From Proteus phage vB_PmiM_Pm5461, in the sequence record KP890823.1: a stretch of 24,000 nucleotides of DNA; one strand, given 5' to 3'. The translations under genes and the position numbers were made by a program. Position 1 is the stretch's first letter. Each line of letters starts with the position of its first letter. The notes below the pieces were generated by a model. It was not told the origin of the DNA, did not search any database, and saw nothing but the letters and a program-made list of their open reading frames with translations. Positions 8,253-16,109 of this stretch are shown here, piece by piece.

Positions 8253-8260
8253 CCTCTTTT
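8236..8260. terminator. bidirectional-type intrinsic terminator downstream of dexA, overlapping promoter P1
   Basis: AAAAGAGGT-cttgtaa-ACCTCTTTT perfect 9-bp stem with T-rich tracts on both strands, between dexA (stop 8275) and the ORF starting at 8181. Confidence 0.75.
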
Positions 8261-8274
8261 TTCTCTTTTTAAAA

Positions 8275-8952
8275 CTATTTTTTGATAGATACCGGGTCTA
8301 TATCTTTTTCTTCAGGAACTTCTTCAAGTCCAAGCGCATATCGTTCTGCTGTTTTAAGCATAATAATGTCTTTAGCACAGTCATGAATAGAGTCGTGTAA
8401 AACAAACCCATTTAAAACACCTTTACGAATAGGACACATAGTCATGTCTCTGTCTAATAAAAGTTTTCTAATAGAAGTCCTTGTATCATTTTGATTCCAA
8501 AAAGCGATAAATTCTTTCTTAAACGTATCTACGTCTTCTAAAGCTATTCCAGATTCTAATTCACGTTGGGTGATCATATGTTTTAAAATAGGAAAGTCAA
8601 ACGACATACCACGGCTATATCCTTGAGATTTCCAGAAATCAATTCCTTGGGCATCTAAATAATTCTTTAATATATCTAGTCCTTCATTAATCGTAACGTC
8701 CTGTGGTGTTCTAACAAGATTCTTTTTAGCTTCAGGTTCTTGTTGTTTCCACCATTCTACTGTGGATTTATAGAATACCCTTTTACCTTTTTGTGAATTC
8801 AAATCAAACTTAATACGCAACCCACGTTTAACAAGATCTTCAAAAGATTCTACTACATTAGGGTCCGGGTTAAAAGTAATAATAGATAAATCGATAACAG
8901 CCGAATCCGGCTGATTACCAAAAGTTTCTAAGTCAAATACAAAATCAATCAT
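8275..8952 (-). CDS. dexA: DexA-like 3'-5' exonuclease (DnaQ/DEDD family)
   Basis: DEDD-type 'DFVFDLETFG', 'GYSRGMSFDFPILKHM', 'HDSIHDCAKDI', and strong overall similarity to T4 DexA from memory. The track ORF extends to 8961; ATG at 8952 overlaps the dda stop as ATGA. Confidence 0.9.
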   Translation of the reverse strand: MIDFVFDLETFGNQPDSAVIDLSIITFNPDPNVVESFEDLVKRGLRIKFDLNSQKGKRVFYKSTVEWWKQQEPEAKKNLVRTPQDVTINEGLDILKNYLDAQGIDFWKSQGYSRGMSFDFPILKHMITQRELESGIALEDVDTFKKEFIAFWNQNDTRTSIRKLLLDRDMTMCPIRKGVLNGFVLHDSIHDCAKDIIMLKTAERYALGLEEVPEEKDIDPVSIKK

Positions 8953-10271
8953 ATATACCACACATTTTTCTGAGCACGAGTTGTTCCGACATATAATAAC
9001 TGTGAAGCAACGTCAACTTCTGCATATTTTATAATACAAGGCGTATAAAGAAAACTGTTTTTTACTGTTACACCTTGTGCCTTATGGATTGTACTACATG
9101 GAATAGGTTTTACTTTTGTGAATGCATCTTTAATTTCCCAGAAGTCATCCCAATAAGCCCGTCCGTTTCCTGATTTATATTGTTGTGCAACTTTACCTAA
9201 AAACATCCAAAGCTGGGTTTGGTTTTCTTCTCCATAAACAACATTAAGATAATTGGTTGTGCCTTCATCAACAGATTGGACTTTTAAAAGAAAGTAAGGT
9301 AAATCGATTTTAAAATCAACCCCACGGCACTGAAGTTTTCTAGTCATTTCCTTTACGTCTAGAATTTGCACAACTTCACCATTATTAAAGATGATTTCTT
9401 TCATCTTTTTGCCTTCAAATTTTATAGTTTGCATATATGGTTCTTGCATAACTAAAGCTTCACCAATAATAAATGGATCATCTTTTTTATAAAAGTTTTT
9501 ACGGATGATTTGATTTAACTTATCAACAGATTTATTAGTATAAGCAAAAAATCTATTATCAAAGAAATCTTCTTCAGATTTTATTTGCTTAAAATAATCT
9601 ATCATCATATCACGTAAAGAAGGTGGATGAAAAATACCTTCGCCATCAATAATGTTTTCTCTAATCCATCCACCTTCTCTAATTTCTGTAGCAACTTCAA
9701 TAATTGGTTGATTTGAACGCTTTACTTCAGTCAGATGCATTTGTTTAAACCGATGATCTGTAAAAAATCTAGATACACCCGGGTCATCTTGAGGTTTTAA
9801 CTGGGCTTTATCTCCGATAGCAATAACAATAGTCCATGGCATGATGTTGTTCATTAAAAGCTCAAATAATTTTGTATCATAGAACGAAGCTTCTTCACAG
9901 ATTAATACACGAATTTTATCTAACTCAGGGGCCTTTCTTTGTTCAAAAATCCGATGTTCTTCATAAGTTACCGGATTTATTTTTAAAATACTGTGGATTG
10001 TTGATACTTCTCGCCCAGTAAAATCAGCCAGTACTTTTTTAGAAGCATGGGTTGGCGCAGCTAAAACAACTCCAGGGATCCCTTCTTTTTCGATGAAATC
10101 CATAATAAACTTCATTAACAAACTCTTACCGGTACCAGCAGGTCCGTTAATTGTTAAATGGGTTGTTTTGGCTTTCCAGTTGGATTCTTGTTTATATGCT
10201 TGTTGAATCAAATCTGTTGCACATTCGTAGGCTTCTTTCTGACCTTGAGTTAGGTCATCAAATTCAATCAT
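8949..10271 (-). CDS. dda: Dda-like SF1B DNA helicase
   Basis: Walker A 'TINGPAGTGKSLLMKF', Walker B-like 'VLICEEASFYD', 'AIGDKAQLKP', 'TIHKAQGVTVKNSFLYTP', 'VGTTRAQKNVWYI'. Confidence 0.92.
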   Translation of the reverse strand: MIEFDDLTQGQKEAYECATDLIQQAYKQESNWKAKTTHLTINGPAGTGKSLLMKFIMDFIEKEGIPGVVLAAPTHASKKVLADFTGREVSTIHSILKINPVTYEEHRIFEQRKAPELDKIRVLICEEASFYDTKLFELLMNNIMPWTIVIAIGDKAQLKPQDDPGVSRFFTDHRFKQMHLTEVKRSNQPIIEVATEIREGGWIRENIIDGEGIFHPPSLRDMMIDYFKQIKSEEDFFDNRFFAYTNKSVDKLNQIIRKNFYKKDDPFIIGEALVMQEPYMQTIKFEGKKMKEIIFNNGEVVQILDVKEMTRKLQCRGVDFKIDLPYFLLKVQSVDEGTTNYLNVVYGEENQTQLWMFLGKVAQQYKSGNGRAYWDDFWEIKDAFTKVKPIPCSTIHKAQGVTVKNSFLYTPCIIKYAEVDVASQLLYVGTTRAQKNVWYI

Positions 10272-10561
10272 ACTATTTTCACCTTTTTAATATAAAGTGT
10301 ATCTAACATTCGCTTTTGGAGTGTCGTCAAATATTCTGGTTTGTGGATTAAAATTTTTTCCTCTCGTTTAAACCAGAGAAATCTTTTATATTGTATTTTG
10401 TATTTAGGTTTAAGCTCATTAATAATATATTCTTTAAAACGATTAAAGGCCTCATTGCAGAGACCTTTTGTTTTATATATCATTAAAGCTTGTGTGTCAG
10501 GATTCTGACATAATATATCAAATCCTGCTACGTCTTTGTAGACTATCGCATAATAATACAT
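10268..10561 (-). CDS. hypothetical protein (97 aa)
   Basis: ORF overlapping its neighbours in the same direction. Confidence 0.5.
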   Translation of the reverse strand: MYYYAIVYKDVAGFDILCQNPDTQALMIYKTKGLCNEAFNRFKEYIINELKPKYKIQYKRFLWFKREEKILIHKPEYLTTLQKRMLDTLYIKKVKIV

Positions 10562-11177
10562 AAAGTTCTTTTCCTACTCTTTTATAAGAAGAATCTAATG
10601 AAATACCTAAATATAATTTTAACTTATCATACTTAGATAGCTTATTAAATCGTTCTTCGGCTTTATAAAGAACATTTAAAATTCTAAGACTTCTATCTTT
10701 CTTTTGTATGCATCTTTCATGTTGTTCTTCTAAATTTTTAAGAGACTTTTCTTGTTGATTAACCCGGTTTCTTAGTTTTTTATTATTTGAGTTCATACTA
10801 AGTCTTTTCTTATTGATAATAAGTTTAGACCTAAACTTTGTTATGGATGAAATCGCTTCATTTTTCTCTTTATTTACACTATTAATTTTCTTTTTAATAT
10901 CTTCTAGTGTCATAGAACTTTTATAACAATTATATTCTCCTTTAACAGGAATCACATTACCTTTAACATACCCTTTAGAATTATCAAATCTTTCAAAAGA
11001 TATACCTTCAAGGTCATTACAATGTTTAGGCATAGACATCGATTCGCCAGAATATGCACACTTTGATTGTTCACAAATGTTTTTAACATATCTCAAAGAC
11101 AAATTAAATTCTTTATTTCTTGATTTGGCGGATTTACGGATTTGTGTGTATTTTTTAATCACATCTTCAATTTGCAT
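10518..11177 (-). CDS. putative free-standing HNH-type endonuclease
   Basis: 'CEQSKCAYSGESM...LEGISFERFDNSKGYVKGNVIPVKGEYNCYKS' matches the phage HNH pattern (C..C, S-x-x-R-x-D-N-S-x-G-Y-x-x-G-N-V). Confidence 0.75.
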   Translation of the reverse strand: MQIEDVIKKYTQIRKSAKSRNKEFNLSLRYVKNICEQSKCAYSGESMSMPKHCNDLEGISFERFDNSKGYVKGNVIPVKGEYNCYKSSMTLEDIKKKINSVNKEKNEAISSITKFRSKLIINKKRLSMNSNNKKLRNRVNQQEKSLKNLEEQHERCIQKKDRSLRILNVLYKAEERFNKLSKYDKLKLYLGISLDSSYKRVGKELYVLLCDSLQRRSRI

Positions 11178-11183
11178 GATGAC

Positions 11184-11224
11184 CTCCTAGAATAATTGAG
11201 AGACAATATACAACATTCTAGGAG
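11184..11224 (-). promoter_or_regulatory. RBS-sequestering inverted repeat upstream of the HNH endonuclease ORF
   Basis: Minus strand: CTCCTAGAAT (11224-11215) ... ATTCTAGGAG (11193-11184). The 3' arm contains the SD (AGGAGG) for the ATG at 11177. Confidence 0.7.
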
Positions 11225-11233
11225 ATTTGTAAA
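11205..11233 (-). promoter_or_regulatory. sigma70-like promoter P2: TTTACA-N17-TATATT
   Basis: -35 at 11233-11228, -10 at 11210-11205, in the intergenic region. Confidence 0.65.
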
Positions 11234-11428
11234 CTAGTTAATGTAAACTATTTTACCATTAATAGAATAAGTAATAGACACTTCTTTTTTATGTTGTTTT
11301 TTAATATTTTCCGGATAGATAGGAAGAATAGAATCAACAATTCTCAATTGGTCTTCTGTACTCATAGAAGGGCTAACAGGATAGCCCATTTTATTGAGAA
11401 TTTTAGACATTTGAAATAACGTTAACAT
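11234..11428 (-). CDS. small hypothetical protein (64 aa)
   Basis: ORF fitted between gene 56 and promoter P2. Confidence 0.5.
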   Translation of the reverse strand: MLTLFQMSKILNKMGYPVSPSMSTEDQLRIVDSILPIYPENIKKQHKKEVSITYSINGKIVYIN

Positions 11429-11952
11429 TAATATCCTCGTTCTTGGCGAGCAAAGTTTTCTGCATTTTTTAAGTAATATAGAACAAAAATTTCTTCAGAA
11501 GACATACCAAGTCCAATAAGTTTATTCATAAAGAAATGAACCTGGTCAATAAGTTCAAATTTGACTTCTAATTGATCAGCTTCGGATAATTCAGAAAATG
11601 GTTTATTTGTCATTTCTTCATGGCGGGCTTTCCAAGGTTTCCATACTGCTGATGCTTCTTTATCACCATTAGACATTCCGCCTAAAGAAGTATACAACTC
11701 ACGGGTTTCATCATCTAAATAATCATCTTGACTACGCATCCATTTAAGAATATCGCCACATGTTTTTAATTCATCAGGCGATTGGTTATTAAATGGTTTG
11801 GTTTTTGCTAAGAAAACTTGTAAGGATTTCTGCATATCAAGCATTACTTGTAACGGGTCTTGTCCTGAACTAATAATATCAGAATATGCTTCACGAGCTT
11901 TTGTTAAAGAACCTTCATCTACTAAAGTTGAACATACATTAAAATGGGCCAT
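11428..11952 (-). CDS. 56: dCTPase/dUTPase (T4 gp56-like, all-alpha NTP pyrophosphatase)
   Basis: 'DPLQVMLDMQKSLQVFLA', 'SLGGMSNGDKEASAVWKPWKARHEEM', 'QLEVKFELIDQVHFFMNKLIGLGMSSEEIFVLYYLKNAENFARQERGY', near-identical in pattern to T4 gp56 (from memory). Confidence 0.92.
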   Translation of the reverse strand: MAHFNVCSTLVDEGSLTKAREAYSDIISSGQDPLQVMLDMQKSLQVFLAKTKPFNNQSPDELKTCGDILKWMRSQDDYLDDETRELYTSLGGMSNGDKEASAVWKPWKARHEEMTNKPFSELSEADQLEVKFELIDQVHFFMNKLIGLGMSSEEIFVLYYLKNAENFARQERGY

Positions 11953-11961
11953 TGTTATTCC

Positions 11962-12540
11962 TTATTCAAAATATTTTAAAGTTTTTTCTGGGTAATTAAC
12001 ACAAACACCAGTACATAATACATCATTACTTAATGACGCATCTAAAGACCATTTTTTATTTTCAGGTTCCCACGTAGGTTTTTTGATAGAAGATTGCACA
12101 GAACCATTATATGAAGTAAAAACATATTGGTGTGATTGTTTAATAAAAAGGGCTTTACCAAAATACTGGACTTGTTTATACTTTACTTCTCCACAATTAT
12201 CCCAATTAATAAATGGCTTTGACAACTCATCTAATTTTTCATTTGCTTCTTCTAATGTAGAAAAACAATTTTCACATGGAGTTGTTCCAACATAATACCA
12301 AATTCTTGGTTCTGAACTGGGGCTTTCGACAAAAATTAAATCCATCAGTCTGTAATTATTAGTCTCGCCATTATCCCACTGAACATCAATACCAAAATCA
12401 TCTACGTCTAAAGAATCTTTGTCGATATTAGATATAGTTCCTTTGCACGGGGGATTTCTACTTCCGGCCTGTATACTATAAAACTCAGAACCAGGGTGTA
12501 TTTTTACTCTATTTCCAACTATTGCATGTTTAATATCCAT
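11962..12540 (-). CDS. hypothetical protein with N-terminal SH3/KOW-like repeat, paralogous to 12592..12891
   Basis: 'VGNRVKIHPGSEFYSIQAGSRNPPCKGTISNID...IDVQWDNGETNNYRLMDLI' aligns with the neighbouring ORF. Confidence 0.6.
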   Translation of the reverse strand: MDIKHAIVGNRVKIHPGSEFYSIQAGSRNPPCKGTISNIDKDSLDVDDFGIDVQWDNGETNNYRLMDLIFVESPSSEPRIWYYVGTTPCENCFSTLEEANEKLDELSKPFINWDNCGEVKYKQVQYFGKALFIKQSHQYVFTSYNGSVQSSIKKPTWEPENKKWSLDASLSNDVLCTGVCVNYPEKTLKYFE

Positions 12541-12558
12541 TATACTTTCCTTAAATTT

Positions 12559-12581
12559 AAGGACCTGATTAATCGGCCCTT
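12559..12581 (-). other. weak intercistronic stem-loop
   Basis: Minus strand: AAGGGCC-gattaatca-GGTCCTT (7 bp with one G-T), between the stop at 12592 and the start at 12540. No good T-tract. Confidence 0.35.
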
Positions 12582-12591
12582 CATATAATTA

Positions 12592-12891
12592 TTAAAAAGA
12601 CTTATTTATGATTTCAGTCATTTTAGATAAAGCTTCATACTCAGTAGCAAATTCATAAGATATCTTATGAAATTTGACAACATACACTAGTTCTGGGCCG
12701 AGTTCTACTAAATCTTTTTCACTATAAGTATTCTTTAAACCATTATCCCATTGTACTTTTATTGATAATCCGAAAGCAGATTGGACATGAATATCTTCTA
12801 TAGTCCCGACAATTTTAGGATTAGCCCTACCTAAATTATAGAATTCTGACGTCTTTTTAATTTTTACACGATCACCGACTTTAAAAACCAT
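12592..12891 (-). CDS. hypothetical SH3/KOW-like protein, paralog of 11962..12540
   Basis: 'VGDRVKIKKTSEFYNLGRANPKIVGTIEDIH...IKVQWDNGLKNTYSEKDLVEL'; SD AGAGGAA before the ATG. Confidence 0.65.
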   Translation of the reverse strand: MVFKVGDRVKIKKTSEFYNLGRANPKIVGTIEDIHVQSAFGLSIKVQWDNGLKNTYSEKDLVELGPELVYVVKFHKISYEFATEYEALSKMTEIINKSF

Positions 12892-12892
12892 A

Positions 12893-13435
12893 TTATTCCT
12901 CTAAAATTCTCAATGCTAATTGAACATCATAAAAAGATAATCCAATTAGCCCGTTAACTTGGACAAAATTACCACCTAAACCATATACATAATGCTGGAT
13001 AGAATCATCTAATATAACATATTTTTCGACTTCATGGTCTAAAACATATCTTAATATACTTTCACCACGGGATCGTCCACCGCCAGTAAAATCTATTGTA
13101 TCATGGATGTCTACGCCTAAAGCTTCAGAAATTTCTTTTTCTCTATCTTTATAATCATCATGCTTTGATGATTTGGCCCATGAAGAAATTAAGACAACCT
13201 TAGCATCAGTAGATGCTAGTAATTCTTTAAATCGATTTAATTCTTTGATGCCAATATATCCTAATTTAGTTCTAATAGCTAAATCATCATTAAAACAAGA
13301 TACTTGGCTGTTTAATACACCATCAATATCAAGAAATATCACTTTTGATTTTGACTGAACTGGGTCTTTTGAAGAATGCATGAGTTTTATCATCCTTAGC
13401 TTGTTCAAATGTTGCTTTAAATTCAATTTCACCAC
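12893..13435 (-). CDS. HAD-superfamily phosphatase-like protein
   Basis: Motif I 'VIFLDIDGVLN', motif II 'VVLISSWA', acidic motif 'KYVILDDSIQHY'. Likely start is the internal ATG at 13381 (MHSSKDP...) after AAGGATG. Confidence 0.75.
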   Translation of the reverse strand: MVKLNLKQHLNKLRMIKLMHSSKDPVQSKSKVIFLDIDGVLNSQVSCFNDDLAIRTKLGYIGIKELNRFKELLASTDAKVVLISSWAKSSKHDDYKDREKEISEALGVDIHDTIDFTGGGRSRGESILRYVLDHEVEKYVILDDSIQHYVYGLGGNFVQVNGLIGLSFYDVQLALRILEE

Positions 13436-14117
13436 GGTAATCTAATGGCACACATTTAGGTAGTGATCCGTATACTGTTGATTTATTTTCAAGCTCAACG
13501 GTCATTTTAGAAACTATCCCATAAAAATCTTCATATGTTTTAACTCTTAAAACTGTTCCTTTTATTACTTGTTTACCATCAGGGGCTTCACCTTTGTCTT
13601 TTTTGTGGTCATTATATATGTCATCAAACACTTTGTTTGAATATTCCTGAATAGCTACAAGAAATTTTCTATGGGTTTTAACTTCAGCCATACAAACAGG
13701 AACATCTCCAATATTCCACTTTTTATAAGGAAGACCAACTTCAATCCATGGTGTTTTTGCTAAAACATTATACATGTCTATAGTGAGTCTAAGCTTCCAG
13801 AACCTATTTCTAGTAATAGATATAGGTTTTTCTATATCATCCCATTCACCTATAACTGGTAAATATTGCCCACCACCATACTCTTCTATTTCCATTGTAT
13901 ACGGATTTTCCCATAAAAACCCATCAAATGGAGCATGTAGTCTACCATCAACCCCTTCAGTTGGTTCAACAGTTTTTATCCCTAAAGAATCGGATAAACG
14001 TCTATTAGATAACCAGCCTGAATTAAGTTCATTGGCCTTATCAATTATACGCTGACGGTGTTCTTTATATGATTTGGTATGAGATTCTAATAAACCATCA
14101 ATAAATTCTTTAAACAT
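13329..14117 (-). CDS. hypothetical protein (about 262 aa)
   Basis: The track gives GTG at 14138, but ATG at 14117 (MFKEFIDGLLES) has a canonical GGAGG SD. Confidence 0.6.
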   Translation of the reverse strand: MFKEFIDGLLESHTKSYKEHRQRIIDKANELNSGWLSNRRLSDSLGIKTVEPTEGVDGRLHAPFDGFLWENPYTMEIEEYGGGQYLPVIGEWDDIEKPISITRNRFWKLRLTIDMYNVLAKTPWIEVGLPYKKWNIGDVPVCMAEVKTHRKFLVAIQEYSNKVFDDIYNDHKKDKGEAPDGKQVIKGTVLRVKTYEDFYGIVSKMTVELENKSTVYGSLPKCVPLDYRGEIEFKATFEQAKDDKTHAFFKRPSSVKIKSDIS

Positions 14118-14135
14118 ATATCCTCCTGTTTTAAT

Positions 14136-14169
14136 CACAGGTCTAATATACTACATTAGTAGACCTGTG
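14136..14169. repeat. 10-bp perfect inverted repeat spanning the core of promoter P3
   Basis: CACAGGTCTA (14136-14145) / TAGACCTGTG (14160-14169), 14-nt centre. Confidence 0.8.
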
Positions 14170-14173
14170 TAAA
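14145..14173 (-). promoter_or_regulatory. sigma70-like promoter P3: TTTACA-N17-TATATT
   Basis: -35 at 14173-14168, -10 at 14150-14145; predicted start site near 14138, about 21 nt before the ATG at 14117. Confidence 0.7.
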
Positions 14174-14178
14174 CTGTT

Positions 14179-14364
14179 TTATTCTGCCCATGGATCGGAC
14201 TCAGTAGTATCATCACGGACAACATCTTCTTCAATCAACGTTCCATGGCATCCATATTTTTCTGCATCTTCTAAAGCTTCTTCGAGAGTTTCTGCTTCAA
14301 CTTCGTAGACTCTTCGGCCACGAACGTATCCAGAAAAATTAATACCAATTTTAAATGTTGCCAT
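14179..14364 (-). CDS. small hypothetical protein (61 aa)
   Basis: ORF overlapping the 3' side of the upstream gene; acidic C-terminus. Confidence 0.55.
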   Translation of the reverse strand: MATFKIGINFSGYVRGRRVYEVEAETLEEALEDAEKYGCHGTLIEEDVVRDDTTESDPWAE

Positions 14365-14665
14365 TTTCTTCTCCGATCTTAATCAAAATTTTGGCCAAGG
14401 CTTCAACATATGTTTTTGAAGCCAAAATAAAAATACCATTGGTCCCTTCTGTTTTAGAGCTCCAGAACTGTTCCCACTTTACAATAGATATTTTATGCTT
14501 TTCGATAATATCAAAAATATTTTTAGGTGGTGTAGTAAAGAAATCAAATACATACCAATTATATCCATCACCCCATTCAATACCACCAGATGGGGTGAAA
14601 TTACCTAAGTCTTCCCAGTTGTGAAAATAAGAAAGCAATTTACGATTCATTTCTTGTTTAGTCAT
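14351..14665 (-). CDS. hypothetical protein (104 aa)
   Basis: ORF directly downstream of the primase gene. Confidence 0.55.
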   Translation of the reverse strand: MTKQEMNRKLLSYFHNWEDLGNFTPSGGIEWGDGYNWYVFDFFTTPPKNIFDIIEKHKISIVKWEQFWSSKTEGTNGIFILASKTYVEALAKILIKIGEENGNI

Positions 14666-14667
14666 AA

Positions 14668-15687
14668 TTAGCCTTTACAATATTTTGCATGTCTAAGTTT
14701 AGCTTCTAATCCAGAACAAATATTGTCTTTCATATATTGTTCTATTTCTTCTGCAGTAGCACCTTCTTTCACAATCATATCATTGACATCTTTGGATGTA
14801 AACTTTAATTTATCCCACATAACAACTTTTTCACCAGCCTCAATTAATTTTTCCAGACGTTTTGATGTATCTGGATGCCTGGGTTCATTATCTAATACCC
14901 ACACACGAGTATGCGGGAATGGAACAAAATCAAGACTTAATGTACCCCCTGTTATGGCACAAGAATTAGGGATAAACAAAGAATCTATTGGACCTTCAAA
15001 CATAAAAACAGTTTTATTTGGGTCAACTGTATCTTGTCCGTATATCTTAGTAGAACTCTCAGAAGCTTTTATTGTTACATATTTTGCATTAGATTTCTTT
15101 AAAGCCCTTCCTTGGAAACTTTCTATTTCTCCATCTTTATTAAAGATAGGAATAACTAATCTGTATTCCTGTTTTGGTGACTCATATGTGCCAGGAACAA
15201 CACTGTTACATAATCCTTGCCAGTCTGTAGTAAACCATAACCTTGACCATTTGTCTTTAGGGATCTTCCTGGCCTTCACGTAAGATATGATAGGATGTGA
15301 TTCCGGCAATTTATCTAATCGTTCAGAAAAATTTAATTTTTCTATTATCTTTTTAGGAGCATGTTTGGGTTCGAATTTTTCTACCGGTTTATAAAAAACA
15401 TTTTGTTCTTTTCTGCGCTCCATTAATAAAGAAGGCCAAAGTTCAGGATGGTGGTCTTTAACAAATTCTGTAAATGGTCTGCTATAATCACAGTTAAAAC
15501 ATTTGACCCATAAACAATCCATTTCTTGGAGTTCTATAATCCAAAATCTTGCTTTAGTATCAGAAACAGCAGAATCACCACAAATAGGACATCTACAGTT
15601 AACCCTAAATGGAGAATTACTTGTTTTTTTATACATTGGTTCGAATCTGACTATATTGTCAGCAAAATCATAATCAGCTAAAAACAT
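14668..15687 (-). CDS. 61: DNA primase (T4 gp61-like)
   Basis: Zinc-binding 'NCRCPICGDS...CLWVKCFNCDY', TOPRIM-like 'TVFMFEGPIDSLFIPN...AITGG', 'VWVLDNEPRH'. Confidence 0.88.
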   Translation of the reverse strand: MFLADYDFADNIVRFEPMYKKTSNSPFRVNCRCPICGDSAVSDTKARFWIIELQEMDCLWVKCFNCDYSRPFTEFVKDHHPELWPSLLMERRKEQNVFYKPVEKFEPKHAPKKIIEKLNFSERLDKLPESHPIISYVKARKIPKDKWSRLWFTTDWQGLCNSVVPGTYESPKQEYRLVIPIFNKDGEIESFQGRALKKSNAKYVTIKASESSTKIYGQDTVDPNKTVFMFEGPIDSLFIPNSCAITGGTLSLDFVPFPHTRVWVLDNEPRHPDTSKRLEKLIEAGEKVVMWDKLKFTSKDVNDMIVKEGATAEEIEQYMKDNICSGLEAKLRHAKYCKG

Positions 15688-15703
15688 ATAACCTCTATAT
15701 ACT

Positions 15704-15727
15704 AAAAAAGGAGCCCATGGCTCCTTT
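15704..15727 (-). terminator. intrinsic terminator between the 15738..16109 ORF and the primase gene
   Basis: Minus strand: AAAGGAGCC-atg-GGCTCCTTTTTT. 9-bp stem followed by a T run. Confidence 0.8.
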
Positions 15728-15737
15728 ATATCATAGT

Positions 15738-16109
15738 TTAATTAGTAGCATCTTTTTTCTTTTTCTTGCCCAATTTATTAGGGCCTTTTGAAGTAATAGA
15801 ACCAGAGGTTTTTCCTGATGCAATGTTTTCTGTGCTTCCACCAGAATCACCTGCTACCATTTCTTCAATAATTGGATGTTCTAAAAAAGATTCATCTAAA
15901 TTATAGCCATCCATTATCTCATAGACTTTTTTAATCCGTTCAGCATAAATTTCTGAACCTTGCTTTAACCACCTTACATCTTTATGTAACCGTGTATAAG
16001 AAGGGTCGTTCATAACGAATTTTATTACATCGCCTTTTTCATTAATAATACCTTTTTTAAAGGCATCCCATTCAGTAAAAGGTGTTTCTAACAATTTAAT
16101 TATACTCAT
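15738..16109 (-). CDS. hypothetical protein (123 aa) between genes 41 and 61
   Basis: ORF overlapping the helicase stop; Lys-rich low-complexity C-terminus. Confidence 0.6.
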   Translation of the reverse strand: MSIIKLLETPFTEWDAFKKGIINEKGDVIKFVMNDPSYTRLHKDVRWLKQGSEIYAERIKKVYEIMDGYNLDESFLEHPIIEEMVAGDSGGSTENIASGKTSGSITSKGPNKLGKKKKKDATN

